Source: a virus (taxonomy: Duplodnaviria > Caudoviricetes). From it: a DNA stretch of 58,534 bases. The notes under the pieces were generated by a model, which was given only the letters and a program-made list of their open reading frames with translations, did no database searches and was not told the DNA's origin. Location: positions 1-58,534 of IMG/VR virus record IMGVR_UViG_3300017763_000017, one strand, 5' to 3'. A program made the position numbers and the translations under genes. Of the stretch, positions 8,993-18,573 are shown piece by piece; position 1 is the stretch's first letter, and each line of letters begins with the position of its first letter.

Positions 8993-10066
8993 TTAAACTT
9001 CAATCAGTTCTTTTAATTTATTTATATCTACTTTCCAGCTGGAATTTATACCCCCAAATATCGAAAGAGCATTTTTGTGTGTCTCTACTTCTTCTTTTCT
9101 GTCTACAAATTCTGTTTCATTGAAATGAATCAAGTCGGTCCTGTTCATGGCAAACTCCAACCTTCTATTAACATCAAAGAACTCAGGGCTGTTTATCGAC
9201 AACACCCTACAATCCGGTCTACAAAATAGAGCATTTGACATCCCACCACCAATCGGTCCTGCTACAAAATCTGCATTACGAAACAATCCAATTTTATCTT
9301 CCATACACAAGTCTTCAGTGAAAACTTCTTCGAATCCGTTATGAATAAAAAATTCCGCTACTTCATCTTCGTTAACACATTTCCTCTGTTGTGTATAATC
9401 AGTTCCGATATTTTCATTCCTTTTCTTTGTCCACGTTCTTCTTGAAACATAGACTTTCTTCACATCGGATCTAGTTCCCTCCATCGAATCTAGTATTTCG
9501 TATAAAGCAGGATGCGGTGGATCCAGAGACATTCTATTGTGAGTTAAAGAGGAGCCAACAAAAACTCTAAAGTAAGACACATCATCTCTCAAAAAAACTA
9601 AATCATTTTTTGCTATACCTAATAGTTCTAGAGTTTCATATACGAATGGATATAGATCATCTTTTCCTTCGGGGGGACTAATTAACAATTTCAAATTTGG
9701 AATTTGTTTTTTAAGATCGAAGTAGGAGTATAAGTAAGGAACCGTATCATACAACCAGTGAAAATAATTAGCACAATTGTACACAAAGTAAAAAACCGGT
9801 GTTGTAATCGATCTAACATCCCAAAGTCTTTTTTCAGATGTTTCATATTCCATTGTGTCTTCATAGACGGTTCCCCTACCCAAAGACATAAATTTTTCTA
9901 TAGTGGGAAGTAAAAGTTCATCGTTGGTGTGCAATAACGGTTGGGGGTAATTTAAAGAAAAACCCTCCACTGTACAATCTCTAAACTCACCAATCTTTAT
10001 GTTTCTTTTTTCGGAAACAGTTCTTATGGATCCGGATTGGCTTTTATCCCAATAATCTATTTTCAT
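8993..10066 (-). CDS. Glycosyltransferase family 61 (DUF563)-like protein
   Basis: NYFHWLYD..P.L, KVYVSR, R..VNEDEV, LF.NADFVAGP.GGGMSN.LF. Confidence 0.8.
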   Translation of the reverse strand: MKIDYWDKSQSGSIRTVSEKRNIKIGEFRDCTVEGFSLNYPQPLLHTNDELLLPTIEKFMSLGRGTVYEDTMEYETSEKRLWDVRSITTPVFYFVYNCANYFHWLYDTVPYLYSYFDLKKQIPNLKLLISPPEGKDDLYPFVYETLELLGIAKNDLVFLRDDVSYFRVFVGSSLTHNRMSLDPPHPALYEILDSMEGTRSDVKKVYVSRRTWTKKRNENIGTDYTQQRKCVNEDEVAEFFIHNGFEEVFTEDLCMEDKIGLFRNADFVAGPIGGGMSNALFCRPDCRVLSINSPEFFDVNRRLEFAMNRTDLIHFNETEFVDRKEEVETHKNALSIFGGINSSWKVDINKLKELIEV

Positions 10067-10781
10067 AATTCAATAAATCCTCTGGTGTTCCCCAGCAATG
10101 ATACTCATCAACATCGAATATACTCATGTCTAAATGACCTATACTATTAAAAATATTATCAATGTAATATTCACCATTACTCTTGATACCATCTTTGTAT
10201 ATCCTAGAAACCCCATCTAAAAAATCACCGGCACGTCGGAAAAAAAACGTACCCACTATGGCACGATTGTTAAATGGATCATCGAAAAAATTTTGTTTTA
10301 CATGTGTTTTTGTTAACCTAACGCCCGATGTTTCTAACCAACTATAAGAACTTGGATTGTTGGAAAACGCAGCGTTGTTTATGGTTGACCAGACAACAAC
10401 ATCAGAGCCTTTCTTCACACTCTCGTACTTTTTATTGGACCACTCTAAACCATAATCACAACAACTTATTGTGATTGAATCTTCTTCATGTATTGACGAT
10501 TGTAAAATACCAATTTCAGCCGTACAAGCTTGTCCCATAGTTGTTTTATCTAAAATAACAAACTCTGATTCTGGATAATAGTCCTTTATAATTTCGTCTA
10601 TAGAATGTTCTTCTATATGTTCTGTTCTACAGACAAAGACATGGGAGTCTGCTTCTGGAAGACAAGAAACGGCTTCTATAATCATGGGTTTGCCGTTAAC
10701 TTCAATTAAAGGTTTTGGTGTTTCTACACCAACACCAGAGAACCTAGAACCTTCACCTGCTAAAGTTATTAGATTTATCAT
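10044..10781 (-). CDS. Sugar-phosphate nucleotidyltransferase (NTP_transferase family), divergent copy
   Basis: LAGEGSRF...PKPLIEVNGKPMI, T.GQACT, NGEYYI, WGTPEDL. Confidence 0.85.
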   Translation of the reverse strand: MINLITLAGEGSRFSGVGVETPKPLIEVNGKPMIIEAVSCLPEADSHVFVCRTEHIEEHSIDEIIKDYYPESEFVILDKTTMGQACTAEIGILQSSIHEEDSITISCCDYGLEWSNKKYESVKKGSDVVVWSTINNAAFSNNPSSYSWLETSGVRLTKTHVKQNFFDDPFNNRAIVGTFFFRRAGDFLDGVSRIYKDGIKSNGEYYIDNIFNSIGHLDMSIFDVDEYHCWGTPEDLLNYENRLLG

Positions 10782-11236
10782 TTGAACGACTCCACATAAT
10801 CAGAACAAACTCCATAGACCTTTGTTTCTTCCCAACCTAGTAATTGTTCTTTCGACAAAAGTGGTATTATACACTTTTCATTTATCATATCTAAATCGTG
10901 AGCCCATATTAACCCATTACTTATCATAGCATATCTTTCATTTTCATGAAAGAATATCCTAAAGCCTGTATTAAGTAGATAACTAAATGCTTGAAAATTC
11001 TTACAATGAATCCACACACGGTCCTTTATGTTTTCTAAAAATAACAGGGGAACCATCCAATCCGGTTTATCGTGACCCAACCAAATACCACTGTCCCACC
11101 AATGAACATCGATCTCAACATCATATCCAGCAGTTATTGCCTCCTGAATATATGATGGAGAATTTTCTCTATCCGGATTAACTCCGTTCAAATTTCCTCT
11201 ATGGGATATCAATTTTATTTTTTGTTTTGTCATCAT
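10778..11236 (-). CDS. Glycerophosphodiester phosphodiesterase (GDPD)-like small protein
   Basis: ISHRGN..G..ENSP.YI..AI..GYDVEIDV..LGHD..WIHCKN..GVCSDY; start placed at the MM codons 11236/11233. Confidence 0.8.
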   Translation of the reverse strand: MMTKQKIKLISHRGNLNGVNPDRENSPSYIQEAITAGYDVEIDVHWWDSGIWLGHDKPDWMVPLLFLENIKDRVWIHCKNFQAFSYLLNTGFRIFFHENERYAMISNGLIWAHDLDMINEKCIIPLLSKEQLLGWEETKVYGVCSDYVESFK

Positions 11237-11498
11237 AAAAAATATCGTAATATGGTTTATCACATCTCAGTTGATGATACTTAACGCCCCAACTTTTTAA
11301 CTGTTTCTCTGTATGATCGAACCAATCAATTCCACTTCTACTTCCCCTAGCTGTCCAATAAACTATTTGGTTACCCTCGTCAAATAGATGATTGATCTTC
11401 TCTATTATTTTTTTCCGTGGAACGGATCTGTGGTAGTCTCTCGGATTATCTGGCGTATCACAGATGGTTTCATCAATGTCAACAAAGATCACTTGCAT
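11199..11498 (-). CDS. Small HAD-superfamily phosphatase (EcbF/BcbF capsule-phosphatase-like)
   Basis: DIDETIC motif I, WTARG motif II, KPYYDIFYDDK motifs III/IV. Confidence 0.85.
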   Translation of the reverse strand: MQVIFVDIDETICDTPDNPRDYHRSVPRKKIIEKINHLFDEGNQIVYWTARGSRSGIDWFDHTEKQLKSWGVKYHQLRCDKPYYDIFYDDKTKNKIDIP

Positions 11499-12306
11499 GG
11501 TATTCTTTCCAGTAACGATAACACTTTACTAGGTCTTCCTCTGAGTTCACTTGTCCCTTGGTCAAAATACTTACCCATGACTCAAAATTTTCTACTTCTT
11601 CCGGTGTTCCCATTACAGTTGCAAATGGGGTATCATAATATCCAACCCGCAAACCATCTCTAACGAAAAGATTATAAACGAGCGTAACGTAATACTCACC
11701 ATTATAACTAACATTTTCTTCTATTGCAACGTCAAAATACTTCTTTATATCCTTCCCTTTAGAAAAATAATAAGTTCCTGTTGATGCGTGTTCGTTTATG
11801 GGATCATCGGTGTAACACTCTTTCTCTTTTATTTCTCGTACCAATCCATCTTTGGTTTTCATAAAAGCCATCTTGGTATGATTTAAACTGTGAGGGTGGA
11901 ACCCACTATGAGAAATCACACACCCATCTAGTTCATTATTCTTAATGTGCCGTATAAAATCGTTTCTGTCCCAAAGGTATGGGTTATCACAATATGAAAC
12001 TATAACCTCTTCATCATCCTCTATATGATCATATACCTGTTTCACACTATAAACAGGCCCTAATTTATGAGGAGGCATAGAAACGATTTTTGCATCAGGA
12101 ACAAGACCAATCAACACTTCTCGCATGTTTGTATTTTCGAGGTGATCGTCGTTACACACAAAAACATACTCATCAGTCGAGGAAAACATTTCAAGAATAT
12201 ATTCTATAATCATCTTCCCATTTACCTTAATCAGAGGTTTGGGATCAGAATAACCCTTGTCGATAAATCTCTGTCCAGATCCAGCCATTGGTATGATAAT
12301 TTTCAT
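11479..12306 (-). CDS. Sugar-phosphate nucleotidyltransferase (NTP_transferase family)
   Basis: IIIPMAGSGQRF..GY..PKPLI.VNGK, YCD, IKEK, ASTGTYYF, NGEYYV, MGTPEE. Confidence 0.9.
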   Translation of the reverse strand: MKIIIPMAGSGQRFIDKGYSDPKPLIKVNGKMIIEYILEMFSSTDEYVFVCNDDHLENTNMREVLIGLVPDAKIVSMPPHKLGPVYSVKQVYDHIEDDEEVIVSYCDNPYLWDRNDFIRHIKNNELDGCVISHSGFHPHSLNHTKMAFMKTKDGLVREIKEKECYTDDPINEHASTGTYYFSKGKDIKKYFDVAIEENVSYNGEYYVTLVYNLFVRDGLRVGYYDTPFATVMGTPEEVENFESWVSILTKGQVNSEEDLVKCYRYWKEYHASDLC

Positions 12307-13706
12307 AGTACACCCATTCTATATTTTTCCTCTTCCATACTTAATAATTTCTCAACTTCATTGTCACATAAAAATCTTGGAGTTAGTCCAACATCACCCT
12401 GTATGTATGTCATATACTGGTTTAAATTTTGCATTTTGTCTTTGAGGATGACCGCATCAGGAAACAGAAAACCAACTGGTTTGTCGAATTCTACTTTCGA
12501 AAAAGTTTTAAATGCCTTTGAATTTTTAATTAACCACTCTTTACACAACTGATTCACACGAAGAGAGTTATCAAATACTTCAATAAAAGATGAACCACTA
12601 CAAATGAGTCCATGATTTTCTAGTAATATAATTTTATTTTCCTGACTAATTTTACCCAACATCAAAGAAATGTCAAAAATATTTGACAAGGATTCACCCG
12701 GAGTAACATATGGAACATAGTCGTAATCATACTCTTTAAGAATTTTTGAAATAATTTCCTCGGATTGTTCGGAACAAAGTATAGTATTCAAATAAATCGG
12801 ATGGGTATGGAAGACAACAGGCCACTTAATCTTGGTATGTAATTTTACTTCCATAGATGGTCGTTCCCGACTCTCGTCAATAGAACAACCATTAGAATCA
12901 CATGCACTAAAACCATCAAGCATAAGAACCTCACTCATGTCTCTGCCGGATGATGTTATGATAATTTTATCCTCGAACTTATAAGAAACATTACCACCAC
13001 CATGTTGAACGAGGTCATATTCAAAAGAAGTCTTCTTACACAACGAAAGAAATTCTCTGTGCATATCGTACAATCTCTTAACCCGTTCAAGTAGTTTCAA
13101 TGACTTATCCGTTTGTGCAGTATATTCTAGATGAACTGTTCTGTCTTTTTTCTCTTCGAACCTAACTACGGCATCAGCATTTTCTTTTTGAGGTTGAATG
13201 TATAATAGTTCATCTTTTTCTCTTCTATCCAAGGTATCTTCAACCTGTTCAACGGTATATCCTCTTTTTTGTGTATCGCGGTTCATTTTCCACTGACGTT
13301 TAAGTCCCTTGTCAGTTTCAACAAAAATTTTTATATCCGATATTTCATTTACATCACCAAACAAGGCATGAAGTCCCTCATAAACAATATATGATTTTGG
13401 TTCAATCAACTCTGGAGGATCAAACTTTCCAGTATCATGGTTATACCTGCACCGTTTTATTGGGTTGTTGTTTGACAGAGAAATCAAATCTTGATATCCA
13501 CCTTCGATATTATTAGACTCGGGATTTAAATGTGTTGTATTCTTCCAGTTTTCATCGTTTCTTTCCCACAAATGTAAATCATCACCACACAGATTTACAA
13601 CTTTGTCAGGACCAATCACTAAAGAAATCAATTCTGACAAAGTTGTTTTTCCAACACCAGAGCTACCAGAGAGTGTTACTATCGTATTCAATGAATGCTC
13701 ATCCAT
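12303..13706 (-). CDS. Phosphoribulokinase-like kinase fused to class II aldolase/epimerase domain
   Basis: GSSGVGKT, DDLH..ER, YNH.TG.FDPPE, EGLH, WK..RD..KRG, YIQPQK..AD (PRK motifs); then GGGNVS, ITSSG, RPSME..LH, HTHP, LENHGL (class II aldolase Zn site). Confidence 0.85.
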   Translation of the reverse strand: MDEHSLNTIVTLSGSSGVGKTTLSELISLVIGPDKVVNLCGDDLHLWERNDENWKNTTHLNPESNNIEGGYQDLISLSNNNPIKRCRYNHDTGKFDPPELIEPKSYIVYEGLHALFGDVNEISDIKIFVETDKGLKRQWKMNRDTQKRGYTVEQVEDTLDRREKDELLYIQPQKENADAVVRFEEKKDRTVHLEYTAQTDKSLKLLERVKRLYDMHREFLSLCKKTSFEYDLVQHGGGNVSYKFEDKIIITSSGRDMSEVLMLDGFSACDSNGCSIDESRERPSMEVKLHTKIKWPVVFHTHPIYLNTILCSEQSEEIISKILKEYDYDYVPYVTPGESLSNIFDISLMLGKISQENKIILLENHGLICSGSSFIEVFDNSLRVNQLCKEWLIKNSKAFKTFSKVEFDKPVGFLFPDAVILKDKMQNLNQYMTYIQGDVGLTPRFLCDNEVEKLLSMEEEKYRMGVL

Positions 13707-14350
13707 TTCCCATCGTATTCAAAAACTCTATTTTCTCTTGACCACTGACGTACTCCCATTACAAATTCATCATTACTTTGATATAAAGTTTTTTTGAAGT
13801 TGAAGGGTTTTTTAATAACACCAACGTCTCTAATACTAGCATCTAAAGTATCATGTGGATTTTTTTCTAGGAACGTCTTTTCCTGCGTTGTGAAAATTTT
13901 TCTAAAGATATCAGGGGAAGTAATACCAATGTTGTCAAATATACCCCAAGGTAAATCCGGTGCATAGTAAGTGTTATGTTCCATAATACTTGGTATTTCT
14001 ATACTATTCAACTCACAGTCAATTCGATGCCTAATAATACAATCAAACGAATCTAAACCCTCTACCATATCCACATGTTTACACAGGATCTCGATACAAC
14101 GAAACATCCTATAATTGTTACCATTATGGTTTCCTATAGTTTCCAGTATGGGATCGATAGAAATCAGTTCTATGTTTAAGTCACTGTTGTCTATGAGAGT
14201 TTTGAGTTTTTTATATTCTTCAGTTTCATATGTGAGGGCATAATGTGTACAATCATAATCAGATAGGGTTGACAGAGTGGTTTTGATATTTTCAAAAACA
14301 CGATCCGCATTAGGTCTAATTACGCCTGTTATGATACTACAAATTTTCAT
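13688..14350 (-). CDS. Hypothetical protein, possibly glycosyltransferase-like
   Basis: MKICSIITG.IR start and FDCIIRHRID motif; inside the glycan island. Confidence 0.45.
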   Translation of the reverse strand: MKICSIITGVIRPNADRVFENIKTTLSTLSDYDCTHYALTYETEEYKKLKTLIDNSDLNIELISIDPILETIGNHNGNNYRMFRCIEILCKHVDMVEGLDSFDCIIRHRIDCELNSIEIPSIMEHNTYYAPDLPWGIFDNIGITSPDIFRKIFTTQEKTFLEKNPHDTLDASIRDVGVIKKPFNFKKTLYQSNDEFVMGVRQWSRENRVFEYDGKWMSIH

Positions 14351-14377
14351 TACCCATTTAACCCCATGTGTAAAATA

Positions 14378-14974
14378 TCAACAACTTGAAAAATGCAATT
14401 TTGGTCTACCATCATTTGGGTTCTCTGTACGTATTAGTTTTAGATTACACAGGGAACATATTTCAATTATTTTATTTTTTTCTTTTTCGTAATCTGTATC
14501 ATCATGTTGTTCTACTTCTAGATGATTTATTTTTAAATTACTAGACAACCCCTCTAGTATAGGAACTTCATATCCTTCTGTATCTAGATAAAAATGTTCA
14601 ACTGTTGAAATATCTAAAGAGTCTAGAATTTCACTTATAGTAAATGCAGGCACTACAATAGAAGATCGTGAATAATTAGTTGGGTTATTTGTTTGTTGCA
14701 CCGAACCCTCCAAACAATTCATTAAACTCCAATGTTTGTGTTTATACAATGTAACAAATTTCTTTTTATATGAAGGAGAAACTAAAGCACAATTAAAAAA
14801 TATAGTTCTTCCGTTATTTCGATTTCTAACACACTCAGAAAATACAACTGGATCGGGTTCTATTAATATACCAACATAATCAGGATTGTCAATTAAAGAA
14901 ATACTTCTACTTTGATCAATTCCATTATTTGCACCACATTCAATATAAATTTTTTTATTTTCGTATAATGTCAT
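14378..14974 (-). CDS. FkbM family O-methyltransferase
   Basis: IECGANNG..QS, GILIEPDP, LDTEGYEVPILEG. Confidence 0.85.
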   Translation of the reverse strand: MTLYENKKIYIECGANNGIDQSRSISLIDNPDYVGILIEPDPVVFSECVRNRNNGRTIFFNCALVSPSYKKKFVTLYKHKHWSLMNCLEGSVQQTNNPTNYSRSSIVVPAFTISEILDSLDISTVEHFYLDTEGYEVPILEGLSSNLKINHLEVEQHDDTDYEKEKNKIIEICSLCNLKLIRTENPNDGRPKLHFSSC

Positions 14975-15777
14975 CTTAAATTATCCACAATAGTTTTTGT
15001 TACAGTAAAAGAACCTTCAGGTGAAGCGTTCCTATTATACCAGTCCTGTCCCGCATCGTGCATGTCTTGCCACTGACTCTCACTGACTGAATCGATTAGT
15101 GGTTTGACTTGACTGGGATAATCCACACGAAGGAAATGAACTCCTTCTTTCATTGGTTCATGGTATGTATTATCAACTTCAGTAGCAAAGAGTGGGACGA
15201 CACCCATACCAAGAAGTTCGATCTCCCGATTGCACTTGGGACCATACCCAGCAAGACATAGTCCAAACTTCGAGTGTCGTAGTTTTTCTAGGTACTCTTC
15301 TTTTGTAAATGGATAGTGGTCTGGTCCCGGTTTGTCAACAGGACAATTAAAGAGTTTTATACCCGATCGTTCCCAGTCTTTGTTTTTTCTGTTCTGATTC
15401 TGAACATTATTTTCAACCTTACCCAAGAAGATAGATTCTATGTCCCGATCTGTATAACCCAACAACGGAGTTTTTCTTGCTTCCATTAGGCGGCGAGGAC
15501 TTCTAGCCCAGAAGATCCAAGGATGACAATTTGGATGCATTGGGACAGTATTACCAAAAATACCATGACGGAATTTGGGAATATGTCGATCATCTAATCT
15601 GGGAAAATCGTATAGTAATACATCACCACACTCTTCTACCCAACAAAAACAGTCTGGACTATCTTGCACTTCACATAGACCAAGTTCTTCCCATATATCA
15701 ACTAGTTCTCTGAACGTATCTCCACAATGACCGTAGCATGTACCATTAGCATCAGTATTACCTTTTAGAATTTTCAT
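14971..15777 (-). CDS. Exostosin (GT47)-like glycosyltransferase
   Basis: EYLEKLRHSKFGLCLAGYGPKCNREIELLGMGVVP matches the GT47 C-terminal motif. Confidence 0.7.
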   Translation of the reverse strand: MKILKGNTDANGTCYGHCGDTFRELVDIWEELGLCEVQDSPDCFCWVEECGDVLLYDFPRLDDRHIPKFRHGIFGNTVPMHPNCHPWIFWARSPRRLMEARKTPLLGYTDRDIESIFLGKVENNVQNQNRKNKDWERSGIKLFNCPVDKPGPDHYPFTKEEYLEKLRHSKFGLCLAGYGPKCNREIELLGMGVVPLFATEVDNTYHEPMKEGVHFLRVDYPSQVKPLIDSVSESQWQDMHDAGQDWYNRNASPEGSFTVTKTIVDNLR

Positions 15778-16207
15778 TTATTACTCCTTGATATTCTAAA
15801 ATATCAGTTGTTGAATATTTACCAAGTCTAGGAAAGAAACTAACCTCATCCACAAATTCAGATCCAATGACTGTCTGGTGTTTATATTCTTCTCCTACTA
15901 CCATAATATCTGGTTTATGTACTTCACTAATCAATCCCTTAAGTTCTTCATCAGTAGAAAACACATCAACAACATCAATCAGTTTCAATGCCCTTAATAT
16001 TTCTACTCTATCTCCAATAGTATTAAAGGGTCGGTCATTTCCCTTCAAAGATTTTACTCTTTCATCAGAATCTACACCAACAACAACCACACCTTCGGGT
16101 CCAGCAAGTTCAAAGCATCGTTTAAACATTTCAATATGACCACGATGTAAAATATCAAAACACCCATTGGTCCAAACAACTCTACTTTTTAAATCAGAAA
16201 AACTCAT
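15758..16207 (-). CDS. Cytidylyltransferase family (RfaE/HldE domain II or TagD-like)
   Basis: TNGCFDILHRGH (HxGH), VGVDSD..V..LKG.DRP.N, YSTTDI. Confidence 0.9.
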   Translation of the reverse strand: MSFSDLKSRVVWTNGCFDILHRGHIEMFKRCFELAGPEGVVVVGVDSDERVKSLKGNDRPFNTIGDRVEILRALKLIDVVDVFSTDEELKGLISEVHKPDIMVVGEEYKHQTVIGSEFVDEVSFFPRLGKYSTTDILEYQGVINENSKR

Positions 16208-16719
16208 TTATTTTCCTTTTCACCAAAAACCATAAAACTATTATTTAAATCAACACCAGATTTAAATATATTACAATAACCATTGTCTTTCATATAATCA
16301 TAAATTATATCAGAAGTGAATATATTTAAATGTTTTTTATTATTCCACGGTCTCCAATATTCCTGACTATAGTCGGGTAAGTATAAAAATAAAACTCCAC
16401 CACCTTTCAATTTACTAAACCAATATTCCATTGTGTCAACCCACGATGGAATATGCTCTAAGCAATGAGAAGAAAAAATATAATCTAAATTTTCATACGG
16501 AAAATTAGAAGCATTATATTCATTAATAGCGGGATCAACTAGATTAGATCCGGGAAATGCCCATTCCTTTTTAGCACACCCTATATCTACCCCGATTCCT
16601 CGACATACATGTTGAGCAAAAGGTATTGCAAATTTAGATGCATTACCCTCACTCTGAAATTTTGGATATAGTTTATTTTTAAATTCTATTGTTTCAATTG
16701 TCATTTTATAATATTCCAA
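16204..16719 (-). CDS. Class I SAM-dependent methyltransferase
   Basis: GVDIGC, DYIFSSHCLEH, LK.GGVLFLYLP. Confidence 0.85.
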   Translation of the reverse strand: MEYYKMTIETIEFKNKLYPKFQSEGNASKFAIPFAQHVCRGIGVDIGCAKKEWAFPGSNLVDPAINEYNASNFPYENLDYIFSSHCLEHIPSWVDTMEYWFSKLKGGGVLFLYLPDYSQEYWRPWNNKKHLNIFTSDIIYDYMKDNGYCNIFKSGVDLNNSFMVFGEKENK

Positions 16720-17390
16720 TTATTCTTCCATATAGTTTTAGTCCACGGTATATTGTTTCTAACATCCACAAAGTATTTCTTCTTGTCTTTAAATTCTTTT
16801 ACTGTTTCTATGAAATGACAAAAGGAACTATCTATGCAGTAAATTTCACTTGATTCATTTGCAATTTTATACCAATCAAATATATTATAACCGGACATGG
16901 GTTCTACTACAATATGTTTATCTTGGAAAGATATCAACTTACCCGAAGAACCAGTATCATGTACTAAGATATATGGTGTTTCACTCACCTTTAATTCAAA
17001 TAATGAATTTTCTTTCTCTAAGTTTCTAGTAAATGATAAATTCCACCTGTTTTCATATGAAACAGAAGATAATTTATATTTTGCTTCTACAAAATTAGAA
17101 GCATATTCGGTATTCATATGATAACTATTTACTTGACTTCCCGGAAATCCAAAACTTAAATCTATTACCTTATCATAATCACCAGTCATTTTATAGCACT
17201 CAGAAACACAATTACCTATACCAGAAAAAATTTCAATTGGTTTAACGTAATCTATATTGTTAAATGTATCTGAGTATTCAGAAAGAACCGGCCAGTAAAC
17301 CTCATGACCAAGATCTTTATAGAACTTAGCAATCGGCAAACAGATAAGAATATCGCCGAGTCTACCCGGCTGTATGATTAAAATTTTCAT
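16701..17390 (-). CDS. GT-B fold glycosyltransferase, GT9-like N-terminus
   Basis: MKILIIQPGRLGDILICLP, YDKVIDL, IDSSFCHF. Confidence 0.65.
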   Translation of the reverse strand: MKILIIQPGRLGDILICLPIAKFYKDLGHEVYWPVLSEYSDTFNNIDYVKPIEIFSGIGNCVSECYKMTGDYDKVIDLSFGFPGSQVNSYHMNTEYASNFVEAKYKLSSVSYENRWNLSFTRNLEKENSLFELKVSETPYILVHDTGSSGKLISFQDKHIVVEPMSGYNIFDWYKIANESSEIYCIDSSFCHFIETVKEFKDKKKYFVDVRNNIPWTKTIWKNNWNIIK

Positions 17391-17412
17391 CACTCACCAA
17401 TAATATAGCACA

Positions 17413-18129
17413 TCAAGACTTAGCTGGAACTGGTAGTCCCAAACGTTCTCTGACTTCATCAATATCAAAGTTGTTTTCGGCTCTTCGACTGAAAACTTCA
17501 CCATCTACACCATAGTAAGATTCATTTCTTTTGTGTAGATCGTCTGCATTTTCGTGATTACCGGGAATCCACTCATGTCTTGCAATGATCATCTCACATA
17601 CTGCAAGTTTACCCAACATACCACAAAGTCGAGTTTGTTCATCATCACAATAAAGAGATGTGTAATCCGGGTGGTAACAATGCCCAATCGCCTTGTACAA
17701 CTTCCAACCAAGACAAGGTAGTGTCATCAAAGCGTCATTACGAAGCCCGTCGTTGAATTTGATTGCACCATCGTAATTAGGAAAAACCTCAGCAAATCCC
17801 TGTGCAATAATTGAATCATAATTCATTGCAGCAGGAACCATATCGTCAGATACGACAAGCAATACGTCGCCCTCTTCGTCTTCTAAATCTGCATTACATG
17901 CTTCTACTTTAGTTTTTGAATGACCATAACGATATACAAGATCCACCGACTTCTGTGTTTCTTCGAACCATTCCCGCATCTCATCGGTGTTCATTGTCTC
18001 ATCATCAAGATCACATGTTATAACAAAGCGAACTTCATTTTCTCCAGATAGAAAGTCGATATATTGCTGGAGTATAGTTTTAAATTTTTCTGGGCGACTT
18101 CTTGTCGCCATCTTCACAATAAGTTTCAT
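17413..18129 (-). CDS. GT-A fold (GT2-like) glycosyltransferase
   Basis: ATRSRP, D.DD, SK..ACN, VSDDM.P, Y.SLYCDDE, H.W. Confidence 0.75.
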   Translation of the reverse strand: MKLIVKMATRSRPEKFKTILQQYIDFLSGENEVRFVITCDLDDETMNTDEMREWFEETQKSVDLVYRYGHSKTKVEACNADLEDEEGDVLLVVSDDMVPAAMNYDSIIAQGFAEVFPNYDGAIKFNDGLRNDALMTLPCLGWKLYKAIGHCYHPDYTSLYCDDEQTRLCGMLGKLAVCEMIIARHEWIPGNHENADDLHKRNESYYGVDGEVFSRRAENNFDIDEVRERLGLPVPAKS

Positions 18130-18135
18130 AATAAA

Positions 18136-18534
18136 TTACCTTCTTCCTATATGGTATTTAGGAACTAATTCCCATTCTTCCTTTTGTTTATGGGGAATTA
18201 TTTTAATCTGAGCCATACTCGCTAATGGTTCTATATCATCATCCAGTATACCAACTAATCCCCACTCTTCAAGTAATTTGCATATTTTATTTCTTCTTGC
18301 GATATCACTTTCTGATATGTCACTTTCTAGACCATCTAAAATAAAAAATTCTTTAAAGTGTAAAATAGCGTATTTACCTCTCTTGTGTAATATATGACAA
18401 GATTGATATAACTTTTTTTCTTTTCTCGACGAAACCCCTATTCGGGTAAGAGTTTCTCTAATTTTAAGGAAATCTTCAGGTGATTTTAATTCAATCTCCA
18501 CCCCAAGTCCATCAAATACATCATTTTCTTCCAT
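18136..18534 (-). CDS. regA: RegA translational repressor
   Basis: DFLKIRETLTRIGV.SRKEKKLYQSCHILHKRGKY.ILHFKE..LDG..W.LVPKY.IG. Confidence 0.97.
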   Translation of the reverse strand: MEENDVFDGLGVEIELKSPEDFLKIRETLTRIGVSSRKEKKLYQSCHILHKRGKYAILHFKEFFILDGLESDISESDIARRNKICKLLEEWGLVGILDDDIEPLASMAQIKIIPHKQKEEWELVPKYHIGRR

Positions 18535-18537
18535 AAC

Positions 18538-18573
18538 TATGAGTCCCTATAAAATCGCAGACTCATATATTTA
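18538..18573 (-). promoter_or_regulatory. Late-promoter core (TAAATA 18568-18573) plus 8-bp hairpin over the regA translation initiation region
   Basis: Perfect inverted repeat TATGAGTC 18538-18545 / GACTCATA 18560-18567. Confidence 0.55.

Noticed and set aside
12303-13706. PRK as a Calvin-cycle auxiliary gene implying an autotrophic host
   Set aside because: Fused to an aldolase and embedded among glycan genes; no RuBisCO, CP12 or photosynthesis genes seen
15758-17390. Complete ADP-heptose pathway
   Set aside because: Only a stand-alone nucleotidyltransferase and a GT9-like N-terminus; no GmhA, HldE kinase or HldD recognised, so substrate is unassigned
18136-18534. Loss of DNA polymerase gene 43
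   Set aside because: Absent after regA, but the window is only part of the genome, so relocation is the simpler explanation
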